Assembly (NCBI GenBank): GCA_043801585.1
Contig: JAZDLX010000161.1
Span: 1 to 51,704, forward strand
Reading direction: 5' to 3'
Source: a bacterium
GTDB taxonomy: Bacteria; Electryoneota; Electryoneia; Electryoneales; Electryoneaceae
DNA length: 51,704 bases
A program made the position numbers and the translations under genes. Numbering within the stretch: the stretch's first letter is position 1; the number at the start of each line of letters is the position of its first letter. Below the pieces are notes generated by a model. That model made no database searches, was not told the origin of the DNA, and was given only the letters and a program-made list of their open reading frames with translations. Positions 19,360 to 29,515 of this stretch are shown here, one piece after another.

Positions 19360-20811
19360 ATGACAGAGCTTCCCCGTCTGGAAAAAATCGACCGCTGGCG
19401 CTGGCGTGTTCCCCTGGATAAACCTTCCGGGATGCACGTCGAGGGAAGGATCTACAGTTCCGCTGACTTGATCGACTCCGTTCGGAACGACCCCAGCCTT
19501 CAGCAGGTAGCCAACGTGGCAACGCTTCCGGGCATCGTCGGCGCGTCCCTGGCAATGCCCGACATTCACTGGGGGTACGGCTTTCCCATCGGCGGAGTCG
19601 CGGCGTTCGATATCGACGAGGGTATCATCAGCCCCGGCGGCGTCGGATACGACATCAACTGCGGAATCAACCTCACCCGCACACGCCTCACGCTCGAAGA
19701 AATCCAGCCGCACCTTGAAACGCTGGCAAACATGCTCTTCACCGGGGTTCCCTGCGGCGTGGGAATCGGCGGCGACATTCGCCTCGGGGTGAAAGGAATC
19801 CGTGACGTCGCCGCCAAGGGTGCGCGCTGGGCGGTGAAACAGGGCTACGCCGACGTGCTGGATCTTGAAAACATGGAAGAGGGAGGGTGCCTCGACTCGG
19901 CGGACCCCGGAGCGGTCTCCGATGAGGCGTGCGAACGTGGCGCGGACCAGATCGGCACTCTCGGCAGCGGAAACCATTTTCTTGAAGTACAGGTTGTCGA
20001 CGAGGTGTTCGACCCCGATGCGGCGCAAACTCTCGGCCTCGCCCTCGGACACGTCTGTGTGATGGTGCACTCCGGGAGCCGGGGATTCGGTTACCAGGTC
20101 TGCCAGGAACAGTTGAAGAAGATGGGACGTGCCCCAGCCAAATACGGCATCCCTCTCGTCGACCGTCAGCTCGCCTGTGCTCCGGTAAACAGCCCCGAAG
20201 GCCGCACCTATGCTTCCGCCATGGCGGCAGCGGCAAACATGGCCTGGACGAACAGGATTGTTCTCGTCGGGCGGGTGCGGAGGATTTTCGAGGCTGTTTT
20301 TGGAGAACCCTGGAGGTCGCTGGGGATGAACCTCGTCTTCGACGTTTCCCACAACATCGCGAAATTCGAGACCCACACGGTCGGCGGACATGAGCGCAGA
20401 CTGGTCGTTCACCGGAAAGGGGCGACACGGTCGTTCGGTCCGGGCGACCCAAGGATTCCATCGTCGTACCGGACGATCGGCCAGCCCGTGCTGATTCCCG
20501 GCGATATGGTCACCGGCAGCTACGTTCTCGTCGGCACCAAAAAAGCGATGGAGGAGACCTTCGGCTCGACGTGCCACGGGGCGGGACGGCTGCTCTCCCG
20601 TTCGGCGGCGTTGCGTGCGACAAAGGGACGCGATCTCTTTCGTGAGATGAGGGAGCGTGGCGTTATTGTTCGTTCACGAAGCAAACGCACTCTCGGCGAG
20701 GAGGTTCCCGAAGCGTACAAGAACATCGACGCCGTTGTCGAGGCGGCAGAGGGTGCAGGGATCGCCCGCCGGGTGGTTCGGTTGAAGCCCCTCGCGGTGA
20801 TCAAAGGGTAG
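19360..20811 (+). CDS. rtcB: RNA 3'-phosphate/5'-OH ligase RtcB
   Basis: MPDIHWGYGFPIGGV, GVGYDINCG, GTLGSGNHFLE, HSGSRG, HN, HRKGAT, STCHGAGR (guanylylated His), EEVPEAYK. Confidence 0.97.
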   Translation: MTELPRLEKIDRWRWRVPLDKPSGMHVEGRIYSSADLIDSVRNDPSLQQVANVATLPGIVGASLAMPDIHWGYGFPIGGVAAFDIDEGIISPGGVGYDINCGINLTRTRLTLEEIQPHLETLANMLFTGVPCGVGIGGDIRLGVKGIRDVAAKGARWAVKQGYADVLDLENMEEGGCLDSADPGAVSDEACERGADQIGTLGSGNHFLEVQVVDEVFDPDAAQTLGLALGHVCVMVHSGSRGFGYQVCQEQLKKMGRAPAKYGIPLVDRQLACAPVNSPEGRTYASAMAAAANMAWTNRIVLVGRVRRIFEAVFGEPWRSLGMNLVFDVSHNIAKFETHTVGGHERRLVVHRKGATRSFGPGDPRIPSSYRTIGQPVLIPGDMVTGSYVLVGTKKAMEETFGSTCHGAGRLLSRSAALRATKGRDLFREMRERGVIVRSRSKRTLGEEVPEAYKNIDAVVEAAEGAGIARRVVRLKPLAVIKG

Positions 20812-20826
20812 CCTCCGGCCTCTTCC

Positions 20827-22023
20827 ATGCGCGATCTTCCCTCCATGCCTGCATCCACGAGTCATTTGCCCCTGTTTCCCCGGGAAATGTGGCAGGGTGA
20901 CACAACCCTGCTGACATGGCCATCCGCCGCCGTACTCAATTCCCGCCAGTCACGGTATCCCGTGGGCTCCGAACCCTGGGTGCGCTCAACCATCGAGGCG
21001 GCGACATGGGTCGCCCGCGAGGGAATGGCGCTGATCTCAGGTGTGGGTCTGGCAACATGGGAGCTGGGGTTGTGGGCGGCGGGCGAGGCGCTCGGAGGGA
21101 TCATCGTGCTCGCCGGAGTCTCGAAAGGCGCATCTGCGAGCGTTGTGGAAAAAAGGTCTCAGGAAATTCTTCGGGAATTTACACTCTCCCACCAGGCAGC
21201 TCTCGTGATTCCTTACGAAGAGAACGCGCAATCACCGAAGCGGTTCTGGAAAGCAAGGGACCGCTGGATCCTTGAGCACACCCAACGGTTGTTCCCGGTT
21301 TCCATCCGGCAGGGAGGTTTTCTGGAAGAAGCGCTGAAAGCAACAACTATTTCGTCCAAAACGGACTCTCGTTTTCGGACGGAGTACGCACCCCGTCGGC
21401 ATTCTTTCCCGCCACCTCCTCGTAGCGAAGAACTTCGATCCCGCTTCGACTCGAACGAGTGGGCGGGTTGGGCCGTTCACTGGACGAGGACGCAACATGG
21501 GCCCTGGCCGGGAGAGCGGGCTCGATCTTTTTACCGGGACCTCGCCACGAGCGTCAACACCTTCCCGCGCGACGCCATCGCAACGCTGAACAGGATCATC
21601 GCAGAAAAACGGTTGCGCGGATCAAGCAGGCACATGCCCCTTCAGCGTGCGATGATCGGATTCACCGAACTGCACCCGGCTGACGCGATAGAGCTGATGC
21701 GGTGGCGCAGGCGTTATGTACAACCTGCGTACGAGCCCTACGGAATCGCCGTTTGCGAGACGGCGCTGCTGAAATGCGGAGCGCGGCGTGTACGCTACGG
21801 CTCCGCCGACGAAGCAAAAAAGCTGCCCGTCACAGAGCGTCTCTACTTCCAGACCGTCTCCTCGGAAAAAGCCGACTGGAGGACGGAGAACGAAATCCGG
21901 CTGGAGGGCGATCTGGACCTATCGGCGCTGAAGCCCGAAGATGTTCGTGTGATCGTTCGTTCAGAAAAAGAAAGAGGGTCCGTTCAGGAATCTCACTGGC
22001 AACTATTCACGCTTTCCGGTTAA
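20827..22023 (+). CDS. Uncharacterised protein: DprA/SLOG-like N-terminal domain plus AbiGi/ADP-ribosyltransferase-like C-terminal domain
   Basis: 398-aa ORF starting 15 nt after rtcB. N-half: PSAAVLNSRQ...ALISGVG...FWKARDRWI...VSIRQGG. C-half: HWTR...LNRIIAEKRLRGS...IGFTE...YEPYGIAV...DWRTENEIR. The start codon is uncertain (no clear RBS). Confidence 0.6.
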   Translation: MRDLPSMPASTSHLPLFPREMWQGDTTLLTWPSAAVLNSRQSRYPVGSEPWVRSTIEAATWVAREGMALISGVGLATWELGLWAAGEALGGIIVLAGVSKGASASVVEKRSQEILREFTLSHQAALVIPYEENAQSPKRFWKARDRWILEHTQRLFPVSIRQGGFLEEALKATTISSKTDSRFRTEYAPRRHSFPPPPRSEELRSRFDSNEWAGWAVHWTRTQHGPWPGERARSFYRDLATSVNTFPRDAIATLNRIIAEKRLRGSSRHMPLQRAMIGFTELHPADAIELMRWRRRYVQPAYEPYGIAVCETALLKCGARRVRYGSADEAKKLPVTERLYFQTVSSEKADWRTENEIRLEGDLDLSALKPEDVRVIVRSEKERGSVQESHWQLFTLSG

Positions 22024-22138
22024 CGCGGTGAACTTTTAAGCAACTTTCACGCCTTGATTGTACCCCTGCATGCTTCTGTTTGCCAGACGCAGCGAACAGA
22101 CACGGCGCATGAGCCCGCACGTTCGGCAAGATCTTTTG

Positions 22139-22828
22139 TTACATCCTTTTTACTGCTTTCAGCACTCTCAACGCCAGCTCATGGTTCACGCGCACCTGCG
22201 CCCTGAAACCCTCTTCGGTGAGCGGCTCCGTACCGATTCCGTGGGCAACGTTGTCCACGATCACCACCACGGCGTGCGGCAGATCGAGCTCCCGCGCCAA
22301 CATTGTCTCACTCGCGCAGGTCATCCCGACAACATCCGCGACAATGGAAAGAGCTTTGATTTCAGCGACTGTTTCGAAACGAGGTCCTGTCGTCTCTGCA
22401 TACACACCCCCGTCGACAGGTTCCAGTCCGTTTTTCCGCAGCTGGTCGAGGAGTGCGCTGCGCCAATCCTGATTGTATCTCGGAACGGTAAAACGAATGC
22501 GGTCGTGATGGTAGGTGACCAGCTTCCCGGGGGCGTAGTAGTCGTCGATGACTACCAGCGATCCCGGCGGCAGGGACGGTTTAAGGCTTCCAACGGACCC
22601 GACGCTGACGACTCCGCGAACATCGAGCTGTTTCAACGCAGCGAGGTGAGCGTGGTGGTTGATCCTGTGCGGCGGGAGGTACCCTTCCCGTCCATGCCGG
22701 GCAATCAAACACAGCGGTTCCGCAAGGATCACATCACAACCTCCCCAGGGAGTCATGACCCGTTCCACGGTTCCCATGCGAACCAATTCCGTCTCAAGAA
22801 AGGATGTTCCTCCAAGTACACCGATCAT
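22139..22828 (-). CDS. MTAP-family purine nucleoside phosphorylase (methylthioadenosine/methylthioinosine type)
   Basis: IGVLGGT, TPWG, ARHG, PPHRINHHAH, SVGSL, GPRFETVAEI, DVVGMT, DN. ATG overlaps the addA stop (ATGA). Confidence 0.9.
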   Translation of the reverse strand: MIGVLGGTSFLETELVRMGTVERVMTPWGGCDVILAEPLCLIARHGREGYLPPHRINHHAHLAALKQLDVRGVVSVGSVGSLKPSLPPGSLVVIDDYYAPGKLVTYHHDRIRFTVPRYNQDWRSALLDQLRKNGLEPVDGGVYAETTGPRFETVAEIKALSIVADVVGMTCASETMLARELDLPHAVVVIVDNVAHGIGTEPLTEEGFRAQVRVNHELALRVLKAVKRM

Positions 22829-25800
22829 CCTGATGTCTCCCAAAGAATACTCCGGCCTTTTTGTGAAACCTCCCGCCATCTGGCAACGAGAGTCTCCGCA
22901 TGCGCCGCGTAGCCGCGCTCATCCTCCAGCGCGACGCGGTACTCGACTCCCTCCCCGGAGTCGAGGAACGCCACCTTACAGACCGCCTCCCGAGCACCCC
23001 AGGCTTTCATCAGCGCCAGGCCGTAGAGGCGCACCTGATGATCGTAGCCGTGTTCTTCAGCAACCGTGGAAGCGCCGGCGCTTCCATTCATCCGGTTCGT
23101 CTTGTAATCGAGTACGTGCGCAGTGTTTCCATCCCGCCAGGCAAGATCCGCCTTTCCACGAAGCACTACCGGACCGATGCGAAGGGTGATCGGGAGCTCG
23201 CGACGGGCGTCGCCTGGTATCTCCTGAAGCTTCATTGCGCCGCCGCCACCAAAGAGCTGTTTTAGCCGAGCCCGTACCGTCCCGCCTGCTTCAGCACCCA
23301 TTGACCACGCCCGCAGCTCCCTGTCCATATCGTCCTGCACATCCACCCACGAACATCCCGGACCGTGGAGCTGATACATCCTGTGGACGAAATCACCAAT
23401 CAGAAGGGCCTCGTCCCTTCCAACAGACACTATCTCCTCCTCGCCGATCGCCTCGATCTCCTGGACATCCCCGGTGAACCATATCAGCCGCAGGGTCTCT
23501 TCCTCCGAAGGGTTCACCAACCACGAGGTGAACGAAGTGAACGGTAGAGTCCAGCGATCCGGCCGAGGCAACGGGTTGATGCGCACTTCGGGGAGTTTCT
23601 CCTTGACGCTTTTGACATGATCGGCGACATCCCTCTTTTTCTTTTCATCGCCGAACAAATGAACCGCAACGCCGGGAAGTTCCGGTCCGCCGGCAATTCC
23701 GTCCACGGAAAGTTCGAGGCGAAGTGCTTTCATCCATTCGGCGAGGTGAGAGTCTGGCGGCAGGTCAAGGAACCTGCCCCGCGTTTTGTTGTAGCCGACT
23801 TTTACATGGCTGACCATCAGCAGGTGATCGCGAGCCCGTGTCGCCGCAACGTACATCAACCGCAAACGTTCGGCCGCTTCCTCCGCAGGTGCAAAATCAC
23901 GGTACATGGCGGCGTGAAGCGTTTCTCCATCCTCTCCGGCAACAGCCTCCGCCACCACTGCCAGCCCCGGGTCGGCGAGGGGGAAGAACGGACCCTCTGA
24001 CAGCAGCAAGTGTCCACGAGTCAGATTGGAAATCCCGCGTTTTCTCGGAGCCGTCACCAGGTCCGGCAGGATCACATAAGGAAACTCGAGTCCCTTGGCA
24101 GCGTGGATGGTCATCACCGCCACCCCTCCCTCGGCAATCAGCTCCGCCTCTTTTTCGCTCTCCTCTCCCGGCGATTCTTTCTCCTGGCGAATCCGTTCCA
24201 CCAAGCGACGCAGTGTATAATGTCCCTCCTCGGAAAAACCACGGACAAAATCGAGGAAGCGGTAGATGTTCGCGATACGCTGCTCGCCACGGTTTCCAAC
24301 CGCATAGGCCGCCCAGGCTCCGCCCGCCTCAAGCGCCTCCATCAGCGTCTCCGTGGGGCCGCGGTGTTCCACAAGCTCGCTCCACCTTGACCACCATGCC
24401 CAACTCCTGCGAAGCGCCGCACGATCATCGTCGTCCAACTCTTTCAGTAAATCACCGGAGGTGTCCTGTCCCATCGCAAGCGACTTCCACCCGTGATAGG
24501 GGTCGCCGTCGGCAAGCATGATCGCCGCCACCGCAGCATCGGAGAGGCTGAACAGCGGACTGCGAAGCACTCCGACGAGCGCAAGCTGGTCGCGGGGATC
24601 GGAGAGCGCCGTCAGCAGATGTACAAGGTCAAGCACTTCCTGCTGCTCCATGAATCCGCGTCCACCGGTAACCCTGAATAGGACCCCCGCATCCCGCAAA
24701 GCCTTCTCCAGCAGAGGCTGGCGTGTGCGTGTCCGCAGCAGAATCCCGACGTCTTCCGGCCGCAACGGGCGCACAGAATTGCCGTCGCCCATCTCCGCGT
24801 CGACAATTGTCATGGTGCCGAGATTGTTCTTCAGCCTCTCGGCGAGTTCCGCGAAAACCGTTTCGGGGGAGGCGCCAACCCCAAGCAGCAGCTCTGCAAC
24901 GGGGATTACATTCTTCGGTGTTGTGCGCCGGGGAATCAACGCTCCCGACAACGCCTCGAACGGAAGCGCCTCTTTTCGCTCTTTCGGCAACAGGCGGTCG
25001 AACGTCTCGTTGAGAGGGATCAACAGCTCGGGCAGGGTGCGGAAGTTGTCGTCCAAGCGAACGAACCAGTCCTTTTCCGGCTTTTGCGACCTTTCAAATT
25101 CCCGCCGTGCGGACTCGACGACAGTGACATTTGCCGAACGAAACCCGTAAATCGACTGCTTGTCATCCCCCACGAGAAAAAGCCGGTCCAGGTCTGGCTC
25201 TCCCGACTTTCCCGCGGTGAGTAACCGGATCAACCGCCACTGCCGTGTAGAGGTATCCTGGAACTCGTCCACGAGCAGGAACCGGATCGACTCGCGAATC
25301 CGTCTCGCCGCAGACCTGTCTTTTTCCATCAGCCGGAGGGCATGGAATTCGACATCGTCAAAGGTCAGCTGGGCTGCTGCTTCACCCTCGGCGCGCAGCA
25401 ACGGTTCCACAACGCGGAGCAGAAGTTCCAGTGCCTCAACGTAGTGCTGATGAGTCCCTGTGGAGGGAGTTCCCGCTTCCTGATTCAATTCCCGATATCC
25501 CTGTGTGTACGCCGCATCGAGATAATCGACGGCAACGTCCCGATTCCTTTGGGCTTTCCGGATTGCCGTCACGACGTCCGGGCGGTCCATCAGGCAGCGT
25601 GCCGCGCGCTCCACTTTCTTGCGACCGCCCAGCAATTCCAACAGCGCGGCGTAGTCGCCGTCCCGCTGCCAGGCGAGGCGCCTAAGTCTCTGCTGCAAAG
25701 CTTCGTCGCGATCGTCCGCCCGTTCGCTCAGCGTGAACTCCGGATCGACTTCCGCCTCGAGGGGAAAGGCACGCAACAATCCCGCACAGATGCTGTGAAT

Positions 25801-26094
25801 GGTTCCGATTCGCGCCCAAGGCATCTGCTCCCTTTGCGCCCGCCAGTGATCCGCGTTCTCCGTGTCGGTTTTCTGCCTCTCGAGCAAGGCGGCATGAATC
25901 TTCGCCTGAAGGTTTGCGGCGGCCTTTCGGCTGAAGGTCATCGCCACGATGTCCCGCGGCCGCAGGTCGGAGGTCGCCAGAAGGGCAACGTACTTTTCGG
26001 TCAGTACGGTGGTTTTGCCGGAACCAGCCCCGGCCAGCACAAGTTTGCCTTTTCCGGTCAGCGCGGCTTTCTGGCTCTCGGTGAACTCACGCAT
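22825..26094 (-). CDS. addA: AddA-like UvrD helicase-nuclease
   Basis: AGAGSGKT, TIHS, DEFQD, VGDDKQSIYGFR, TIHAAKGLEF, YVAATRARD. C-terminal RecB-type nuclease GKADL...LDYKT...QVRLY. Start taken at ATG 26094 (GGAGGG RBS). Confidence 0.88.
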   Translation of the reverse strand: MREFTESQKAALTGKGKLVLAGAGSGKTTVLTEKYVALLATSDLRPRDIVAMTFSRKAAANLQAKIHAALLERQKTDTENADHWRAQREQMPWARIGTIHSICAGLLRAFPLEAEVDPEFTLSERADDRDEALQQRLRRLAWQRDGDYAALLELLGGRKKVERAARCLMDRPDVVTAIRKAQRNRDVAVDYLDAAYTQGYRELNQEAGTPSTGTHQHYVEALELLLRVVEPLLRAEGEAAAQLTFDDVEFHALRLMEKDRSAARRIRESIRFLLVDEFQDTSTRQWRLIRLLTAGKSGEPDLDRLFLVGDDKQSIYGFRSANVTVVESARREFERSQKPEKDWFVRLDDNFRTLPELLIPLNETFDRLLPKERKEALPFEALSGALIPRRTTPKNVIPVAELLLGVGASPETVFAELAERLKNNLGTMTIVDAEMGDGNSVRPLRPEDVGILLRTRTRQPLLEKALRDAGVLFRVTGGRGFMEQQEVLDLVHLLTALSDPRDQLALVGVLRSPLFSLSDAAVAAIMLADGDPYHGWKSLAMGQDTSGDLLKELDDDDRAALRRSWAWWSRWSELVEHRGPTETLMEALEAGGAWAAYAVGNRGEQRIANIYRFLDFVRGFSEEGHYTLRRLVERIRQEKESPGEESEKEAELIAEGGVAVMTIHAAKGLEFPYVILPDLVTAPRKRGISNLTRGHLLLSEGPFFPLADPGLAVVAEAVAGEDGETLHAAMYRDFAPAEEAAERLRLMYVAATRARDHLLMVSHVKVGYNKTRGRFLDLPPDSHLAEWMKALRLELSVDGIAGGPELPGVAVHLFGDEKKKRDVADHVKSVKEKLPEVRINPLPRPDRWTLPFTSFTSWLVNPSEEETLRLIWFTGDVQEIEAIGEEEIVSVGRDEALLIGDFVHRMYQLHGPGCSWVDVQDDMDRELRAWSMGAEAGGTVRARLKQLFGGGGAMKLQEIPGDARRELPITLRIGPVVLRGKADLAWRDGNTAHVLDYKTNRMNGSAGASTVAEEHGYDHQVRLYGLALMKAWGAREAVCKVAFLDSGEGVEYRVALEDERGYAAHAETLVARWREVSQKGRSILWETSG

Positions 26095-29000
26095 CGCCCG
26101 TTCCCTCCGAGCCATTGGCAAACCGTTGGAACGAGAGACGGTAGGCGCCGTCGAGGTATTCACGCTGAAGATTTTCTGGTCGCTGCTCAAAGAGCGAATG
26201 ATCGCGCCGGCAAATGGTTTTGAAGGGACAGTAATTGTACTCGAGGTTTGGTTCGCAGAGTTCCTTCTCCGGGCTCAACGGGTGATGGAACCGTCCCGCA
26301 TTGATGGCGTGATGGATTGCAATCACACGGTCTTTCAGATCCCCGGAGGATTCGTCGTGATCCTTTTTCTTCCATCCATTCGACAGGCTCGCGGCTTCAG
26401 GTTTGAGCTGGAAGTACCTCGCCGTCTCGATGTCTTGCACATTCGATTCACGCGACAGCCACTCCTCCAGCGCCCATGTATAAAGAGGAAGCTGAAATGA
26501 GAGTCCCATGTTGATGACCCTGGCGCTTGGTTGCGGACGAGCGGAGAGTTTGTAATCGAAAATCCGCCACCCTTTCTCCGGATGCAGGTCAATGCGGTCG
26601 ATGCGCCCGACAAGGGAGACGGTCACGCCGTCCTTTTCAATCCGTATCGGATCCTCCAGGAGCGATGTCTGCCCCGCCTCGACGGGAAGACCAAAAGCCG
26701 CCTCGACAAAACGAACCCGGTCGCCCGCGAGGTCCTTGTTGTTTTTAACGAGCATCGCAAACAAATGGCCGACAGGTTCATTGGCGTCGGTCAACCCCGA
26801 GAGCAGAGAACGGACGATGAGATCGCCGTACAGGTTGTCGAGGACCGCTCTGCCCAGAATCTTCGAGGCAACCTCATGCATCACCTCGGCAACTTCGTTG
26901 ATGCCTTCCGACAGGTCAGGATCGCTCCCGCGTTTTCGGTGGAGCTGTTCGACGGTTCTCGCGAGAATGTCGTGCACTGCTCCGCCAATCTGGCGTGGGT
27001 CGATGTCGTCCTCAACATCTTCAAGCGGAGTGATTTCGAGTGCATGTCCGAGGAAAAACTGCATCGGGCATCGCGCATAGCTGTCCAGCCGGGTTGCCGA
27101 GAGCGGGCGAGAGAGAACCCGGTGGGCGATCCGTTCCGCCAGGTCTCCGCCGACAAGGAATCCTTCATGTTTTGTCAACGTCGCCGGGTTTTGCCTCGCG
27201 CCCTCCACCTCCAGGGAGTACTTCGATGCCGGAAAATGCACCCGTGAAGAGTTTTCGCTTGCAGCCTGCAGAAGTAACAACGCTCCCTCGCTTTGGCCCG
27301 CGCCGTAAAAAGCACCCGCCCGGGGAAGAACCTCGAGTGGGCTACGCAGGACATTTGCCTCTTCTCCGTTCACCGTCTCACGAACCCCCGCCGCCCGAAT
27401 CTCTGCAAGGAGGGGAGAGGGAGCATCGCGCCCCTCGCCTTTTCGTGGTGTCGGTGAGGAAAAGGTGACTCGTTTGGATGAAAGCAGCGCCTCGAAGGTC
27501 AGCGCCCGACTCTCCGCAAGACGATCGATCAGCGACCAGCGTGCTCCGAACGGATCGGCGAGATCCAGATCTGGAGAGCGTGGCCAGGCATCCGCCGTCA
27601 TCCCGAGCATAACCAGTTCCTCGGTTTCCAGCCCGCGAAGCTCCAGCGGTCCCGCAACGGGAACACCGCCGCGTAGCCGGTTCGATGGGCGCAGACGGGC
27701 GGTGCGCAAAGCGAAACGGAGGGTTTCCGCAAACCTCTCCACCGGCCAGCGGTCACGTTCATGGAAAGCAAAGGAAGTGGAAACATGCTGCAGAGTAAGC
27801 TTCAGGTGCCCGAGGGCTCGCACATCATCACCGCCAAGCTGAGGATCGCGACGTGCGGTACGGTTGGCGGCGTCGATCACCCCCAATTCCCGCAGGAGGG
27901 ATTCCAACCATTCCAACGCTTCAACGACGGTGCATGGGTCGGGCAGTCCGCGAATGCGGTCGTCCAGGTCCGCTAACTCCGTAAGCGCTTTCCGCGCATC
28001 GCTGATCTCCCGGCGCATGCGCCTGACTCTCGTGGCAGAGGACGTCCCTTCGTCTTCGCTCTCCTCTTCGACGGCGTCGGCGATATCCGATCTTCGCCTC
28101 ATTTCCTCTTCGAGGGGCTGCCGCCAAATTTCTTCGAAGGAACCGCCGCTGTCACGGATGCGTGCCGCACGAGCAACGCTGTCAAACGCCAGAACGCTGT
28201 CCTTTCTTGAGAGAATCTTTCTCCAACGCACATACGGACCAAGCAGCAGGTCGGTTACCCGTTCGCGTGAGAGTCCCCGCGCGCGAAGATCGAAGAGGGA
28301 GAGCGTCACTTTGGCAACGGGATTGGTATCGAGTCGTGGCCCGAGACGGATGTCGGGCAAAAGGCCGTAACGTGGAAAAAGTTCGCGAATAGGGGCTTCG
28401 TAATCCTCCAGCCGGGTGCAGATCACCGCCATGGACGAGGGCTCGACACCGTCATCGTGCACCCGTCGTGCAAGCAACCGCGCCGCCGCCCGCACTTCGG
28501 AGGCTTTGTCTGGATGGTGTGTAAACTGGACCTCCGCACGGAGCTCGAGGGGCTTTTCGTTCTCACCGGCGACCCGGACAAACAGGTTACGCGCCAACTC
28601 CACGTGAGCGCCCGCGCTGGCAAAAGGCCGCTCCCTTACCTCCGAGAGGGTCAGCCATTGCTCTTTTTGCTGCCTTGAGATAGCAAGTGAAGACCCCGCC
28701 TCCTTGACGTCGTCGAGCAGGACGACTGCGCTTTCCGATTCAGCGGCTAACGACCGAATCAGCTCCATCGTTGGCGGAAGCAGAGGACCGAGGCGGTCGA
28801 CAATAACGAGGTGCGGAGCGGAAAACTCTCTCTTTGCGATCAACCCCTTCGCAATTGCAGGAAGATCCGACTCATCGATCAGGCCGGCCTTGGCAAGGCG
28901 GACGGTATAGCGTTCCACGATTTGCAGCGCCCAGGGATAATGAACGCGAAGGTTCTTTTCGAGCTCCACGTCCCCCGCCTGCAACCGCAGGTAGAATTCC

Positions 29001-29356
29001 GCGATGCGGCGTGCCCACCCCTCCGAGCCTTCGACGGGGAGTTCACCGTTCTTTGCGAAATCATCGACAAGTTCACGCAAGACAATTTCACGGACTTCTG
29101 TGGCAACGGCGTTGATGGAACGGCCCACGGCCTGGAGCAGGTGCATCGGAAGCCGTCCGGCAACGGTGATTTCGACACCGACAAGAGAACCGTCAAGGAG
29201 ATCCAGCAGTTTTGTTTCAACGGTTTCCGCTTGACGCTGCGTCTCGGTGATCCACCACGCACTCCGGCCGTTGCGCACGGCGCTCCGCATGAGCTCCAGC
29301 GCTTCCCGTATGCGACCCGATCCGGGCAGTCCGGTCCACAGTTCGATCCGTGCCAT
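26087..29356 (-). CDS. addB: AddB-like subunit (inactive helicase fold plus PD-(D/E)XK nuclease with Fe-S cysteines)
   Basis: Degenerate Walker A (GLPGSGR), SATRLDSYARCP, GRIDRID...FDYK, QLPLY and terminal C...CPFKTIC. Overlaps the addA start. Confidence 0.85.
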   Translation of the reverse strand: MARIELWTGLPGSGRIREALELMRSAVRNGRSAWWITETQRQAETVETKLLDLLDGSLVGVEITVAGRLPMHLLQAVGRSINAVATEVREIVLRELVDDFAKNGELPVEGSEGWARRIAEFYLRLQAGDVELEKNLRVHYPWALQIVERYTVRLAKAGLIDESDLPAIAKGLIAKREFSAPHLVIVDRLGPLLPPTMELIRSLAAESESAVVLLDDVKEAGSSLAISRQQKEQWLTLSEVRERPFASAGAHVELARNLFVRVAGENEKPLELRAEVQFTHHPDKASEVRAAARLLARRVHDDGVEPSSMAVICTRLEDYEAPIRELFPRYGLLPDIRLGPRLDTNPVAKVTLSLFDLRARGLSRERVTDLLLGPYVRWRKILSRKDSVLAFDSVARAARIRDSGGSFEEIWRQPLEEEMRRRSDIADAVEEESEDEGTSSATRVRRMRREISDARKALTELADLDDRIRGLPDPCTVVEALEWLESLLRELGVIDAANRTARRDPQLGGDDVRALGHLKLTLQHVSTSFAFHERDRWPVERFAETLRFALRTARLRPSNRLRGGVPVAGPLELRGLETEELVMLGMTADAWPRSPDLDLADPFGARWSLIDRLAESRALTFEALLSSKRVTFSSPTPRKGEGRDAPSPLLAEIRAAGVRETVNGEEANVLRSPLEVLPRAGAFYGAGQSEGALLLLQAASENSSRVHFPASKYSLEVEGARQNPATLTKHEGFLVGGDLAERIAHRVLSRPLSATRLDSYARCPMQFFLGHALEITPLEDVEDDIDPRQIGGAVHDILARTVEQLHRKRGSDPDLSEGINEVAEVMHEVASKILGRAVLDNLYGDLIVRSLLSGLTDANEPVGHLFAMLVKNNKDLAGDRVRFVEAAFGLPVEAGQTSLLEDPIRIEKDGVTVSLVGRIDRIDLHPEKGWRIFDYKLSARPQPSARVINMGLSFQLPLYTWALEEWLSRESNVQDIETARYFQLKPEAASLSNGWKKKDHDESSGDLKDRVIAIHHAINAGRFHHPLSPEKELCEPNLEYNYCPFKTICRRDHSLFEQRPENLQREYLDGAYRLSFQRFANGSEGTGDA

Positions 29357-29515
29357 TGCGGGAAGGTACGCACCCACGTGGCATCCGTCCAGAACACTCA
29401 GGCACGACCTAAAAGACCTGTGCCGCTCCCTGCGCCGGTGGACGCGGCGATCATGATCCCGTACCTTTCAAAGATAGCCTGGATGCGCGAACAACGTGAA
29501 CAAAGGACCAGCGTG

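Noticed and set aside
19342..20577. 411-aa minus-strand ORF
   Set aside because: Antisense to rtcB, with no independent coding evidence.
28811..29512. N-terminal 235 aa of the 540-aa ORF as a fused domain on the eIF-2B-like protein
   Set aside because: Most of it overlaps addB on the opposite strand. Family similarity and an RBS begin near 29513-29516.
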